From: Gekko japonicus | Taxonomy: Eukaryota | DNA length: 64,000 nucleotides | Assembly (NCBI RefSeq): GCF_001447785.1 | Contig: NW_015163095.1 | Coordinates: 1,290,281-1,354,280, forward strand | Reading direction: 5' to 3' | Shown here: in pieces, positions 22,751-37,700 of the stretch | How the letters are laid out: each line of letters opens with the position of its first letter | Numbering within the stretch: the stretch's first letter is position 1 | Notes under the pieces: model-generated | Database searches by the model: none | What the model was told of the DNA's origin: nothing | What the model saw: only the letters and a program-made list of their open reading frames with translations | Position numbers and translations under genes: made by a program

Positions 22751-25700
22751 ATGTCGGTGATTGTGGCACAAGCTCTCCACATTTTTGGGTTCCAGTCTCG
22801 TGTAGCAAATAATATTTGTTTCTTTGACGAACAAATAATAGTGTATCCCTCGGGGAATAGCTGTGTGAAATATCACATAGAACAGAAATGGCAGAAGTTC
22901 ATTCCAGGTAAGTGAGCCTCTTACTTTGCTCTCCCTCTTCCTTATTCTTCAGGTTATGAAGAGGTAAAATGAACTTTCCCTCCTATTTCCCCACCTTCAA
23001 AATCTGAAAGGGTGCCTTTGGCTATATACAGTTGTCAGGTTCCTGAATAGGCAAGTTTGTCCCATATAGTTGGCTGCTGTCTTTTCATTTGTAGAATTTA
23101 TACATTAAATATTACTCAAAAGTTAGTCATGCAAGTTAATCAGTAAAAAGTTGTGGGTGGAGGACTTAGGTTTGGGGCACAAATTGTCAGAGCTCCTGGA
23201 GAAATCAGTGCCCAACAACAGTCATTCAGAGGAATAAAAGTTTATTGAGTCATTGATAGGATCTGGACTCTTAATGATTCTGTGTTAGAACTGGGGTAAA
23301 GCGCGCAAAGCCAGCTATTATACCCAGGGGTTGTTTCGTAGAAAAAGAGCTAGGGGAACTCATTAGCATAACTCATTAGCGTATGCCACATGCCGTGATA
23401 TCATAAGGCCCGGCAGTGGACCTGCAAGGCCGGCGGGAGTGCGAGGAAGCCCCGTCAAGGCCCTCCCTGGCCCCAGGCAGGCAGGGGTGGGGAGAGGCGG
23501 GGAGGAAGCAACTTACCCTCCCTCTTCTCCTGCCTCCTCCTGGCTGAATGAGGGCCGGAAGCGGGGCAGCCGGAAGCAGGGGGTGGGGCTTCGTTGTGTG
23601 CCCCGCCCCCCTGCGCCTCACTCGGGGGAACTGCAATCCCCCCCGAATCGACCTCTGATTATACCTAAATCAAAGAGGATCCTACTGGCCCTGGGCCAGT
23701 CACACCTAAGCTAGAAGCCTGCCTAAATAACGGTATACAATTCTGAGGGGAAAGAGGAGCAGGGATGGCTAGGCTCAAGGTTACATAGGCCCCGGTCACA
23801 TGGCAAAGTTGCCGTGGGAGAGGCACGGGAGTCCCGCAGATTTTCCGGGTGCGATCACACCCCAACATCTGGGAAGCGCAGTGCTCCCGTGGCTCCCCGA
23901 CGAAGGTGCGAATTAAAAAACTAGTACTTACGAGGTACTAGTTTCCGGAAACCGCAGGCCAAGGGCGGGTGTCTGATCGCGTTTCCGGTTGACTTACATG
24001 GCATCCGGCGCCCGTCTCAGTGCTACAGCGGCCAACAGCGCATGCACACAAAGAGCGATTGCTAGTGCGATTGCGCGGCGCGGCTTCTGTGCCACGCTAC
24101 AGGATACCTGTCTGGTCGGCATCTCCCTCCTAACCACGGGACCTCGACCGGGACGTGTGCTTGGGTGGCCGCGCGTTAGTTTCCTCCGGGGCAATTAGCC
24201 ACGCCTCCCCCCCGCGATATCCGGCCCGTGTGACCGGGGCCATAGAATTGTAGAATGTTAGAGCTGGAAGGGACCTTGCAGGTCATCAAGTCCAACCCCC
24301 TGCACTCTGCAGGCGCATAGCCGAAAGATAGCCCTACAACATACCTAAAAGATGGTCGTTCAGCCTCCGCTTGAAAACATCTGAGTCAAGGAAGATAACA
24401 GCCAGAAATGAAAGTATACATTCTTCAACTCACCCCCCACGTTCCCATGGCAACCAAGCCCAAGAAAGGGGCTAGGCTAACGCAAATAACACATCAAAAG
24501 TGAAAAGTATGGTGGGGGGAGAGTGAGTTGCAAACCTGAAGTTTACATTGCTTAATGCTTTCCAAATAGGGTCTTTGTGTATACCACTCATTAGTGACTA
24601 AGCCTTCTTTTTTCTTTTTTGCCAATCTCTTTGCAATAGGGAAATTTCTGGGATTTGGATATTCTGGATTATTGCTCATGGAAAAATTGAAATTGGTTGC
24701 CCTTTGATCCCAGCTCATAATTTTTTTTTGCATTAGACTAGCTGAATATTTTTCTGTGTTCTTTATAGGCTCAGAAAAGAGCCAGGGGATGCTGGCGCTG
24801 GCTATTAGCCCAAACCGACGATACTTGGCCATTTCAGAAACAGTACAGGATAAACCTGCTATCACGATCTATGAACTGTCATCTGTCCCATGCAAGAAGC
24901 GAAAAGTCCTGAATACCTTTGATTTTGCTGTTCAGGAGTTTGTTAGTCTGGGGTTTTCTCCTGATTCCAAGTATCTAGTGGCTCAGACAGGACCTCCTGA
25001 ATCAAACCTTGCATACTGGATGTGGGAAAAGCAAAGATTAATGGCAATTGTCAAAGTTGATATTCAGAACAACCCTATATATCAGGTAAGGTAGGAGAAA
25101 AAAAATCCCTTCTCCATGATAGACGTCTCTTGGGATGTATTTGGAGACTTACTTAGATTGGTATAATCAACCAGTAACACTGGAACTACTATGAAGCCCT
25201 GCATGCATTTTCCATGATGAAAAGATTCACATGATATGTTGGGTACAAAATTCTTCAAAAGGGTTATGGAAGCTAACCATTAATTTATTAAAACATTTAT
25301 ATTGTCTTTCCTTATGGTTCAAGATGGCATACACTAATGAACCAAAAACATCCAGCAAGTAATTAGGAGCCTCTATAATTGTTGTGTTCTTATACACTGA
25401 AACTATATCACCTACACCAATGGAGGCATAATCAGAAGAAGTTCCTACATGCCATCTACAACTTGCTTTATGATTGAACAGTATCCATGTGCAGTGCTGA
25501 TTACAGGATAAACATGCCTTTTGTAAGAACCACCCCAGGCAGTGCACTTAATCTAAAAGTTTTGATTGGCAAGGTGACTGGAGATATGGCCTGACAGCTC
25601 TTGCTACTCTATATGAAACAGGGCCATTTCAAGTTACAAATTATTGTGGCTACCTGAGAACTTTCAAACAAACCTGTAGTGGGAGTTCCACACTGAGTAC

Positions 25701-28700
25701 TCAGTTCCCAGGTGCATGAAGGAGAAGGGGCTTAAGCTCCCCCCCCCCCCCCCCCCCCCCCTCCATCTGAAGTGGCCCAAGTGAGCTACTACTTGCCCTG
25801 CTGTAGATATACAAGTTATGGGCAAATAGTGACTCTGGGGCCATTTGTGTTGGGAAAACAATGCAGGGGGAAAACATAAGCCTTCTCTCCTTGTAGGTCA
25901 TAGTCATGATCTGAATGAGACATTAATTAGGAATTAAGATTCGGCAGGGAACTTTCAGAACACATGGGAGATGTGAACTTTGTAATGTGTGAATTAACAG
26001 GATTTCCTTTCTGTAACCACTATTCATCAGATACTATACCATAATGATTTGCTAGCTTAATAAAGTGCAGATGCACTTTTGCTCATTTATAATATGCTGT
26101 GATTGCTTAGTGTTTGGTTAACCTAAGTCATGAAAATGACATAAGAACATAAGAGATGCCAATGTTGGATCAGGCCAAAGGCCCATCCAGTCCAACACTC
26201 TGTATCACACAGTGGCCAGAAATACCAGTGCCATCAGGAGGTCCACCAGTGGGGCCAGGACATTAAAAGCCCTCCCACTGTTGACCCCCCCCCAAGCACC
26301 AAGAATACAGAGCATCACTTGCCCCAGAGTCCCTATCTATACCTTGTGGCTAATAGCCACTGATGGACCTCTGTTCCATATGCTTATCTAATTCCCTTTT
26401 GAAGCCATCCATGCTTGTAGCCGCCACCACTTCCTGTGGCAGTGAATTCCAAGTGTTAATCACTCTTTGGGTGAAGAAGTACTCCCTCTTATCCGTTCTA
26501 ACCCCACTGCTCAGCAATTTCATGGAGTGCCCACGAGTTCTTGTATTGTGCCTCTTCACATTACCATCAGATAACAGGTAACCTGGTACAGTACTACTAC
26601 ATTTTTATCCTGTGCTTTCTTCAAGGAGGTCAGGGCAATGTACATGATTCTCCCATTCTTTACTTTATCTTCAAAATAATCATAGGTTAGGTGGTGTGTG
26701 TGTAGAATGACTGGCTAAAGATCACCTTCAATATTGTCTGTTCGACTGATTTGCTTAACAATGCAAAAGCTAGTTGGATAAAACCCTATATCCAGGACTG
26801 TAGGTGTGAACTGAATAATTTGAGGGTTTCTTTTAGCAGGGGTGGATTTTAATATTACATTGGCAGTTGCCAAGTTCTTTTCTCAGTTGATTAAGATTAA
26901 AAATCATTAATTTTTTACATTATATAGACACATGTCTTAAATAAATATCCTTTTTTAAGTCTTAGTGTGACACTGTTCAGAGCTGAATTGGCTGTAAGTG
27001 CAGTATCATTAAAGTAAAAGTTGAAGATTAGAACATGGGATTCCATGTACTCCAGTACCACACTAGTGGTGATCACTTTCTTTGCCATTGTTTGCATGCA
27101 GAAAGTCTCAGGTTCAATCCTCAACATGTCCAATTTAAAGGATGGAGAGAAAAAATCCTGCCTGAAACTTTGAAGAGCCAGTGCCAGTCAGAGCAGATGG
27201 TACTGAGCTAGACAAGCCAATGTTCTGTGTTGCTATAATATGACTTCACATGGGTTCACTTCCCTTCATAAATATATAGGATATAACCTTATAGGGAATG
27301 AGTATTTAAAGTATTGATTTAAGTGAAAGACTTTTACATCCATTATATCATTACAGCCCCAGATATAAGCTACAATCTTAATAACACTTTCCTGGGATTA
27401 AGCCCCACTGCATAAAATTGGATTTACTTCTGAGTAGACCTCCTTTGGATTGCTTCCATAATGTACTAAATAATTCTTATTACTTTTGTTATTTTTTGTT
27501 GGATTAAAACTATAGACCCATTTGATCAGGAAAACCACTATGAACAGCACAGAATTATGTACAATTAGGGGTTATTTTTGAGTTTGGCTAATATTGGTGT
27601 GGTGGGATACCTGACCAGGAAAATAATTGTTTTTTGCAGGCCAGAAACAAATAGATAAATTGATAAATGCATTATGTTTAAGGTATTATTTGATGTAACT
27701 TTGAGACCACTTTGTAAATACTTGAGATTTTTATTCTTTGTCAATGCTATACATTTAAAGTTTTCTGTGCAACAGTGTGGCAAACTATAATCTTAATTTA
27801 CTGACAGCTGCATGTAATGCTTCTCTGGTGATCATTTGTTTGTTGTTTTCCAGGTAAGCTTCAATCCACAGGATAATACCCAAGTCTGTGTTACAGGAAA
27901 TGGCATTTTCAAACTTTTCCGATACACAGAGGGAACCTTAAAACAGACCAACTTTCTGCGAGGGGAGCCTCAGAACTACCTTTCTCATGCTTGGCTCTCT
28001 GAAGAGAAGGTGATTGTGGGCACTGACACAGGCAAGCTTTACTTATTTGATTCTGGAGATCTACGTTGGGAGACCAGTATTGAGCACAAAGAGGTACCCA
28101 TTCATGTAGAGAAGGAGGAACCAACACAAGAATCAGAAAGGTGAGGCAGTTTCAAAACCATTTCATCTGAAACAATCAGCATCATCCACAGATAAGCCAG
28201 TACAGTCTGGTAGACAATGTGTTGAACTAAGATCTAAAAGTCCTGGTCAGTGTATCCCAAACATGACTTTACTATCTATCTTGGAAAATGTTGGTTCTAC
28301 TAAAGTGGAACCAATAATGGTCCATCTTATCCACAAAGTTATTAAGTATTATGTTTAGGATTTAGGATTACTTACAGTGGAAAACTAGATTTAAATCCAA
28401 TTTTAAGTGTATTTACTCAGAAGTATGTTGCATTGAGTTCATTGGGATTTACTTCCTAGCAAGTATGCAGAATTACAACCTTCAATCACAATGGTTTGCA
28501 AGAACTTTGCATTAATACAAGGACTATATGACCCCACCACTATTAATACACGTTTAAAACAAAAAGTAATTCATTGTACACAATGCATGACTGACAGTTG
28601 GAATTTGTATAATTCTCTGGGTGCTGCTAGTGGACTGATTGTCTCCTTTTTTTTTAAAGCCTCATTGAATTTCCTGCTGCCAGTTCCCCTGAAGTCTCCA

Positions 28701-31700
28701 GTGACCTGATTTTTGAACCTGAAACACAGCAGCAAGCATCTCTGCCCCGAGTCTCTGCTGTTGCTACATATTCCAAAGGCTTTGCTTGCTCAGCTGGCCC
28801 TGGAATTGTTCTGTTGTTTGAGAAGTCAGAAGAGAAGGAAGGTTATAGAGAGAGCCGAGAAATACGGGTAGGTAGGGGTGTCAGAGATAGGAATATAGTA
28901 TATTGACAACTAGTATGAAGCATCCTGTCTCTCGGAGCAGAGTGAGGTAGATGCCTAAGCCAGTTCTTAAGGACAGGCTGACACTGGAAGATGCATTGCT
29001 ATGTATGTACATAGGTTGCGGGACAGTTCCAGGAGACCTGAGCTATATCTCTGGCAATCTCCTTACGTGAGGCTGTACAGAAGGCTTCTGTTTAATAATG
29101 GGGACACCACTTCACTTTAAGGGAAAAGTGATTTTGGAAGGTTGAGGCAGTTTTACCGATTTCTAAAATTGGAGGACAGAAGGGCCTGGCGTGATGTGGT
29201 CCATGGGGTTGTGAAGAGTCGGATTCGACTGTGCATCTGAATGGCAAAATATAAAGGTGGTCAAGTGTATTGAAAGTGAATGCTTTAGAGGTAACATAAA
29301 CTTTATTAATGCCATCTTGCTGTCATTGGCTATGGAGATATACTTGTTGCTCTACTCTACTTGAAAAGTATGCATGGAGGACAGTTATCTAACTACCCTG
29401 GTTTACTGCATAGGTTCCACAGGACCAGTGCAGCAGTGACCCAAACCAATCAGACAAGCAGGAGGTTGTATGTATTGCCTTCAGCCCTGCAGAGGAGACA
29501 CTTCTTATCAGCACAAATAAGAATCAGATCTATTTGCTTTCCATGGCCTCAGCTGAAATGAGTAGGGTGAGTTTGTTCTTCCCACAGATCTTTGAGCAGT
29601 GATAGAAGTTCTTATACATGTAGTAGTTCAAATAACTGTGGCATCAAAACATCAACCTACCTACTTTTTGGCAGTACTTCAACAATACTGAAGGAAGATT
29701 AAGCAACAGTAGCAAGTACTCACATAGGACTATGTCTAGCTGACATTTTTATATTTCACTAGGGGGAAACAGCTCACTTTGAATATCTGAATTGCCCATT
29801 ACATGCTTCTTCTATTACTGGCTTGGACACCTGCATTCGCAAGCCCCTTGTTGCTACATGTTCATTGGATAAATCTGTCCGCATCTGGAACTATGAAAAC
29901 AAGTAAGAAGCCATATTTTGCTGCACTGCTTTTGATTAGTACACGTATGGTTCCAATTCCCCAAAGAGGGAATGAGCAACCATAAGGGGCAAGCATCAAC
30001 CCTATTCTGCTAAATAGTAATTGCTTATATTTGCTTAGAAAATGGAGTACTACTAAGAGATGATGGTTAGAATAGAAATGGGGCCGTCTGTTTCTCTACT
30101 GACCAAAAGGCAAGATTCAAATATTTTTGTACTGGATCAGTAGGCAGGGTTCATAGAGGACATATATGCTTGCAGTAGGTCACAGGAACACTGCATATGT
30201 TGCATAACTAAGGCTGCGGTCACACGCAACATTAGCCACGCAAGAGATACGGAAGACAGGCGGAGTTTCCGGTCGCGATCTCACCAGCACATCTGGGAAG
30301 CATAGCACTTCCGTGGCACAACCGAGGCTTCCTGCCGAAAAAGCGCAGCAAAAAACTAGTACCTCGGAGGTACTAGTTTCCGGAAACTGCGGGGCAAGGG
30401 CAGGCGTCTGATCGCGTTTCCGGTGGCATCTGGCGCCCGCCCATGTCCCCTTGCGGAAATGTTTTTTTTTCCCCAAGTCTCCGTGGATGCGCACACGCAC
30501 CCAACAGAGCATGCGCATTCGTAGTGTACACAAAAAAAGAAAACCAGTTCGCCGCGCCGCACGCTTCTTCATTGCGCGCAGGCGTGTGTTGTGATCGGCA
30601 CCTCTCCCTACCCACGGAAGCTCCACAGTACCTCCACAGAACCTCCACAGTAGGTCTGATCGCTTTACTGCATGTTAGTTTGCCCCGGGGCAAACAGCCA
30701 CACTTCTCCTCCGCAGTTTCCTGCCCGTGTGACCGGGGCCTATATGTCATTATTCTAAACCCAAAAAAATCTATATATTTAAAGTTGAGAGACTTAGGAA
30801 GCCTGTTGACTCATACCTTGTTTTTATCATATATCATTAGAAAACTTTTGTTTAGAAGTTTCTAATTTAAATACATTTATGTAGAAGCAAAGCCCTTTCA
30901 TTAGTTCTGCTTAGGACAAAACACTAAGTATTTATCTACTTCATTTATACCCTGTCCTTCTCCCCAGTGGGCACCCGAAGCTGTTTATATCATTCCTCCA
31001 TTTTATCCTCACAACAACCCTGTGAGGTAGGTTAGGCTAAGAATATGTGAATGGCTTCAGACCTTTGTCTCCCAGACTCTAATCCAATATGCTAAACATT
31101 ACACCACACTGGATCTCAAATGAAGCACAATTATTTTAAGTTACAATAATATTTTATGTAAATCAATAGAAAGCAACAGTTTGCTCAAGAAGGGGGGTTT
31201 CCTGCCCCCAAAGCACCTGCTGTACCACATTCCATGTCATTATTGAGTGTCCATTGAATCTCAAGAATGGCTTTTGGGGGAGAGAAGCAGCAAAGAGCAG
31301 TTTTTTCCTTTTGCAGTTCTTTAGCTCCAGACCACTTTTTCCACTGCATGAAAGAGGAAGTCCAACATGTAGGATAACTGGAGAAACCTGAACGTGGAAT
31401 TATTATATTCCATCATAGATCTCTCATGTGCTACAGACAACCTAAATGGACACTGAAGCAATAAAAAGAATCAACCAGCTGTTAACAGTATCCCAGGGGA
31501 ACTGAAAAAACTATGGGTGGGATCCAAAGTGCCATCAGTGGAGCTTTGCAAGTGCTCTCCCACTGAAGCCCACTGAGCTCTTTGCAATACTGCTCCTCAG
31601 AATAGGGAGCCCTCAGGATCAGCACTGAGGATAATCAGCAAATGTTGTAGGTTTCAGGACAACTTTCAAGGTATAGAAATTTAACAAATTAAAACAGAGC

Positions 31701-34700
31701 AGTTGGAATCTGCTCATCTCCGTCTAACCCATTTAGCAATAATGACTGAAATGGTCTCACATGAACCATTCTAACCTAATCAGCATTTTGCGGGGAATAG
31801 CCCTAGTTGCAGGTTTGCAGGGAGAAGGCTGAGCTCTTCATTGTCATGTCTGTTCTTGCTGCAGCTCACTGGACCTGTACAAAGAGTACCAAGAGGAGGC
31901 ATATGCGCTCTCCCTTCACCCTAGTGGCCTGTATGTGTTGGTTGGCTTTGCTGACAAACTCCGACTTATGAATCTGCTAATTGATGACATCCGGATTTTT
32001 AAGGACTTTACCATACGAGGGTGCAGAGAGGTGAGGAATTAAGAGGTAGTGTGTATGGGGGGGCACAAGAAGGAAAGGAAGAGTGTGGATTGTGAACTTA
32101 TGGGAAGATACCAGTGGCAGGGAGGGAAAGGAGCATCTTGTGATTGATAACTTGCTTCTAGGCCAGGGGTGGCCAAACTTGCTTAATGTAAGAGCCACAT
32201 AGAATAAACATCAGATATTTGAGAGCCACAAAACATGAACAAATATTACACGTTTTTACTGGGAAATATGCAAATTTGCTTTTTATTAACATTAAATGAG
32301 ACTGCCAAAAATAATAACAAAAGCAGTAAAAGCAGATATCGATAATGATATTTATTTGTCCAATGATATTTGTTTGCTAATGATATTTAGCTTCCCCAGC
32401 CACCCTGCCGGGAGCCAATATGTATGAAAGAGCCGCATGCGGCTCCCAAGCCACAGTTTGGCCACCCCTGTTCTAGGTACAGAGAAATGATATGAATATG
32501 GATAATTGGAGGCTGCTTTCTAGATGATCTCCAAATTACTCTGGATAACTGTTGCTTTCATAAAGTTACTGCCTTATGTGCATATTCTTTGCTTCATATT
32601 GATTCCTGCTTCTCTCTGCAGTGTGTGTTCAGTAATGGGGGTCACCTATTTGCGGCAGTAAATGGAAATGTAATTCACATTTACTCCTCCACAACTTTTG
32701 AGAATATCATTAACTTGAAAGGACACAATGGGAAGGTCAGTGAATGTCATCTATAATAGTAATAAAGTGTGTTGAACAGAATGTATCTGAAATTCCAAAA
32801 GAACAAGGTCTCATAAGATACTGGTTTTGAAACTCTAAAAAGCACCATGTAAACATAAACACAGTAATTATATGTTATTATGTCATAATTTTACAAGCTC
32901 ATAAATCAATATTTCAAAAGTGCTCAATTTGAATTTAACGAGGAAAGCTTTTAGCTGAAATGTCTTTGGTATTGGTTCTTGCATATGGATATAATTTGTA
33001 CCTTTTAACCTGTATTTATGTGATTGGACATTTGTCTCTATATTAGGACTAGGTGCTTATATACAGAACCATAGGGTGGTAATTTTTAAATGATATTTTA
33101 GTGCTGTTGGACTGTCAACCAGACACCTGCCCCATAGCAACCCTCAGGACTGGGTTGATGATCTAAGTACTGTAAGTGTAATACTAAGCTGTCATTCAGA
33201 TTCTTATGGTTTGTCAGTGATGCACCTAATGCCTTTTTCACATGCACAAAATCACATGGATTATGATTTATTGTTAGTTTTCTTGTTTCATTATAATGCT
33301 GTTTATTTATTTACTTTATTTGTAGTTTGCCTTTCTCACTGAGAGCAATGCCATCCAGTAGTGTCAGAGATCTAATAAGCAAAGCCATAGGACTAGGATT
33401 ACTGTTGTTACTTTTCAGTAGACTACTCTGCTCTTTCTCCAGCCACTCATGAAGTCAAATAAATGTAATGGGTAGATTTTCAAATTTACAGAATAGCGCC
33501 AAATAAAAGTTAGATTACACTAAATATTATTTTCAAATTTTACTTGCATTTTTCTAGCTTTAGTTGTCATAAGAAAATTTAATTCTAATAAAACCTGTGT
33601 GGTAGAAATTCTGCTAAGTATAGTTGAATTATAAAATTAGAGCAAAAATTGGTCATTGTAATAAAATTTCTAATTATGAAAACAACATGCATGTACCTAA
33701 AGTGTGCGGTCCCTCTAAATGAAAAAGAAGACATGTGGATCTGCACAGTGGTTTTAGTTATGCACTTCTCTGAGGAATGGGTTCATCAAAAGCAGATAAC
33801 CTGTATTCTTTCTTTAATTACCACACTTCACTGACACACAAATTGTAAATGTCATTTAAGGGTATTCTGTGGTCATAGGTTCTGAGCGATTAAAGAACAA
33901 AACATGACAATGAGCAGAAAAGTAATTTGTTTTGTTATATTTATTGTTTTGCCAAAAAAGGACATATGCACTGGAAAAAGAGACAAAACTTTAAGAGAAA
34001 CACAGCCAGATGATGTTAGTCTTCAAGCCCAGCTGCATCGCTGTGATGTATCTGGAAATTAATTGAAAAAGAATACAGACATGAGAACCTAAGCTAAATG
34101 CTGTATGTTTTTTTTACAATAAATATTCAAATAACAAGTCTAAGTATTTTTGTTTTGTTTTGTATTATGAAATATTCATAAGTATTCTAATATCCAATTT
34201 TCTATGGTTTCATACATACACAATGAAAAAAAATACAATAACATAAACCAATCACAAGATTGATAGCTCATGGATTACAAGACTGGGGTGTATATTTACA
34301 AGGTCACCAAGAGCTTGGCACTATTCCTCATGGGTTTTTGAAGCTTTGATGCTCCTCGAAGGTGTAAAGTGCTTTTGATGTTTAATTCCAATATAGAATT
34401 ATCAAAGGAAGACTGTATGAACTGTACTCTCTGATGAAGAAGTAGTAGTTCAGTTTAAAGAGTTTAAGGACTGCCACACCTATGTGGACATATTGTGGAG
34501 TTCTAAGCCTTGCCAAACTCATTTCGGCATTTAGTGCATGTTCCATGGCTTTTGAAAATATTGATCCGGTTCAAGGTCTATATCTTTATTGATACCATTG
34601 TTTTAAAAGGACCTTTTTTCCATTTTGGTGACTTTGTAAATACACACCCCAGTTTTGTAATTCATGAGCTTTCTATCTTGCGATTGGTTCGTGTTATTGT

Positions 34701-37700
34701 ATTTTTTCCCCAGGATATGTCTGAAGCCTATAGGTTATTTTTTTATGTTTATATTTTTATTTTATAAAGACTTTATAAATAGTTACAGAAGTATCAAACC
34801 TATAATCAAATAGCTTACACATTACATATAAGTATTTCTGTATAATACATAAACAAAGTATTATAACTACTTAAGTACACTGTTTTAAAACAAGTATAAC
34901 ACACTGTCAGAACATCATATAACTAAAGAACTCAAAAGGAAGTATACACAAACAGCACAACAATACTAACAGTATTAAACTTGTCTAGAATTAAGTTTAG
35001 TTTACTAATTTTAAACTTTGTTCCATAAACAACTAGGAGCATTTTTCTGATGCTTTGAATTAACAGGTCTAAGGAACATAAGTTACTTTAGGTTAGACTT
35101 AGCTCACAAATAAATCAGCTGCCTATAAAGAGGATTGTTTGGGATTACATTAGCCTCCACCATATAAGTAATGAGTGGAAACCAAGTCGCAGTGAACGTG
35201 GATTCTGATTTGTGTGAGAGTGTATTTGAGGTGTGAAATGAGATCTTGCCCATGATGAAGTGATTCCACAAAAGATCTTGCCAAGAGTCTATAGTGGGTG
35301 GGGATTTATCAAGCCAGTTAGCAGCTATTGTGGTTTGTGCTACAGCGAGTAGAGTGTGAATTAGTCTGGTCTTACATTTGTTTCCATGTGAATCCGACCA
35401 GTTATTCAGAAGAAAAATTTCAGTAGGAGAGGTAGGTCAACTTGTGTAATTAACTGTATGTGATGTTTGATTTGTGACCAGAAGGATTGTATGTAAGGAC
35501 ATGACCACCAACAGTGGATATAATCTGCTTTCTGGCCACAGTTTTTGGTGCAAAGCAGATCGATGTCATCTTTCATGTGATGCAGAGTAGCTGGAGGTAT
35601 GTACCATCTCAGAAGGGTCTTAATAGTCTGAAAACGGATATTAAAAATCGCTGAAGAAAGGTTTGGAGAGGTCCATATACAGTCCCAGTCTTTTTCTTTT
35701 ATTCGGTTTTCACAATCTTGGTTCCATAAGTTTTGATATTTAAGTGGTTTTCCTTCATCTAATGCATTCAAAAGTTTGTATATTTTTGAGAGTAAACCGG
35801 ATGTGTGTGTCTCCAATTTTTCCAGGAGTTGTTCAAAACCTGTTTGTGGTCTAGTCATTGCTTCTGCAATATGCGAAGATTCTATCATGTGTTTAATCTG
35901 TAAATATTGGAACCACATTATTTCCTTTCTTATTTTCTGTTCTAGTTGTGCCTTTTCCAGGAAATTCTTCTTATGTTGTATGTCAGCAATACATACAACT
36001 CCAGCAGTTCTCCAGGAACTATATAAAGCATCTTCTTGATTTGGCTGGAACCATGTTTGGTTTAGAAATGAGGACTGCCGAGAGGTCGGGGGGGCTAATT
36101 TGTCTTTGTATTTGTACCATATATTGAGGGTATTTCTTAGGTATTTGTGATCTTGTTTGTGAAACGATTTTGCCAGGGACAGGTTCCAAAAAGTGTCCAG
36201 TAAAGTGTGTGGGAATAAGTAGTGACTTTCAATTTGGACCCACTCCAGTTGTGGTGATGCAAGAGTGCGAAGTCAAGCAGCTAGATTAGAGGCTTCATAA
36301 TAAGAGCTGAGATTAGGTAGATCAATTACTCCTATTTGTGACATTCTTTGTAGTGTGGCAAAATTCATACAAGGTTTCTTATACCCCCATAAGAACTGGT
36401 TTGTGCTCTTCTGCCATGTTTTCAATTCCCAGAGTGGGATGTCTATCAGAATTGTTTGAAACAGAAAGAGGTATTTGGGGAGTATGAAGCTTTTTATAAG
36501 GGCTACTTGATCTGGCCAAGAAGGGTTTAAAGAATTCCACTTAGTCATTTGTGTTGTAGTTTTCGCATAAATCCATTTAAAGTTCTGATCCACTAACTTT
36601 GAGATATCTGTTGGGATATAGACTCCTAGATGTCTCCAAGATGATTTTGTCCAGTTAAACGGAAATGTTGTCTTTATCGCGAGTCTAACATGAGGTTCCA
36701 GGTTAATGGGATAGATCCGATTTTTTCTGACTAAATTTGAGACCAGAAATGCAGGTAAATTTGGAGGTGATATTTTGCACATTATGAAGAGATGAAACTG
36801 GGTCTGTTAAATAGAGAGTAAGGTCATCCGCGTAAAGTCCAATCTTGTGTGTTTGAGTTCCTACATTGATGCCTTTGATATTTGGATTTTTCCGGATGGC
36901 TTCTGCCAATAGCTCTATGGCCAAAACAAATAAAAGAGGTGAGAGGAGGCAACCTTGCCTAGTTCTCCTTTGTAGATTAATGTTATGTGAGAATTTACCA
37001 TTAACCAGTAACCGTGCTGTAGGGTCAGAATAAAGTGCTTGAATGGCCATCAGAAACTTGTGTCCAAAGTTCATCTGTTGCAGAACAGTTTTAAGATATG
37101 GAATTTCAACACTGTCAAACGCCTTTTCGGCATTAAGTGACAAAATCAGAGCTTCTGTTTGTAAATATTTGCAATGATCTATTAAGTTTAAAGACTGGCA
37201 TATGGTATCCGTTATGTATCTTTGGTGAACAAATCCAGATTGATCTTGGTTAATTTAATGCAGAAGTTTCAGCCTGTTGGGAAGCCTATAGGCTAAAGCT
37301 GTCTTTCATTTATAAATCTTCCCCCCCCCCCAGTTGCCATTTGCATGTGCTGTCATAAAATGTTCATACCAGTTGCTCGAGAGAACAAAAAGTCCAGAGC
37401 AGAAGAAATTGTATCGTGGAGCAACTTACTTTCCACTAGTACAGTTGCTCTTAACCTTTTTGAGGTCACAGACTCCTTTGAGAATCTTATGAAAGCTATG
37501 GACCCTCACCCCAGAAAAAAATGTCATAGTGAGGCGATGATGATGATGGTAGGTTACCTGAACATTACAGTAGCATCTCATGCCCTCCTACATTTGTTTG
37601 GAGTGAAACATTGCTGTAATAACATAATTATTAACAATGTTTTCATAAAGACAATTTTCAAAGTAACAGGAAGGAAATCAGAGAAAAAAACAATTTTTGT

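Larger units (their letters stand above)
23185..24482 (-). mobile_element. Probable solo LTR (~350 bp of host sequence) interrupted by three nested insertions
   Basis: Starts TGTCAG, ends CTAACG; flanked by 5-bp direct repeat CAAAT (23180-23184, 24483-24487); minus-strand AATAAA near 23241-23246. Confidence 0.45.

Noticed and set aside
25739-25761. C23 homopolymer, and G-runs such as 7728-7737, as G-quadruplex substrates for PIF1
   Set aside because: Homopolymer runs are common in such genomes and their length is error-prone; any link to PIF1 is unsupported.
34425-34470. CTGATGAAG... as another hammerhead core
   Set aside because: No stem II, downstream GAAA or Penelope context.
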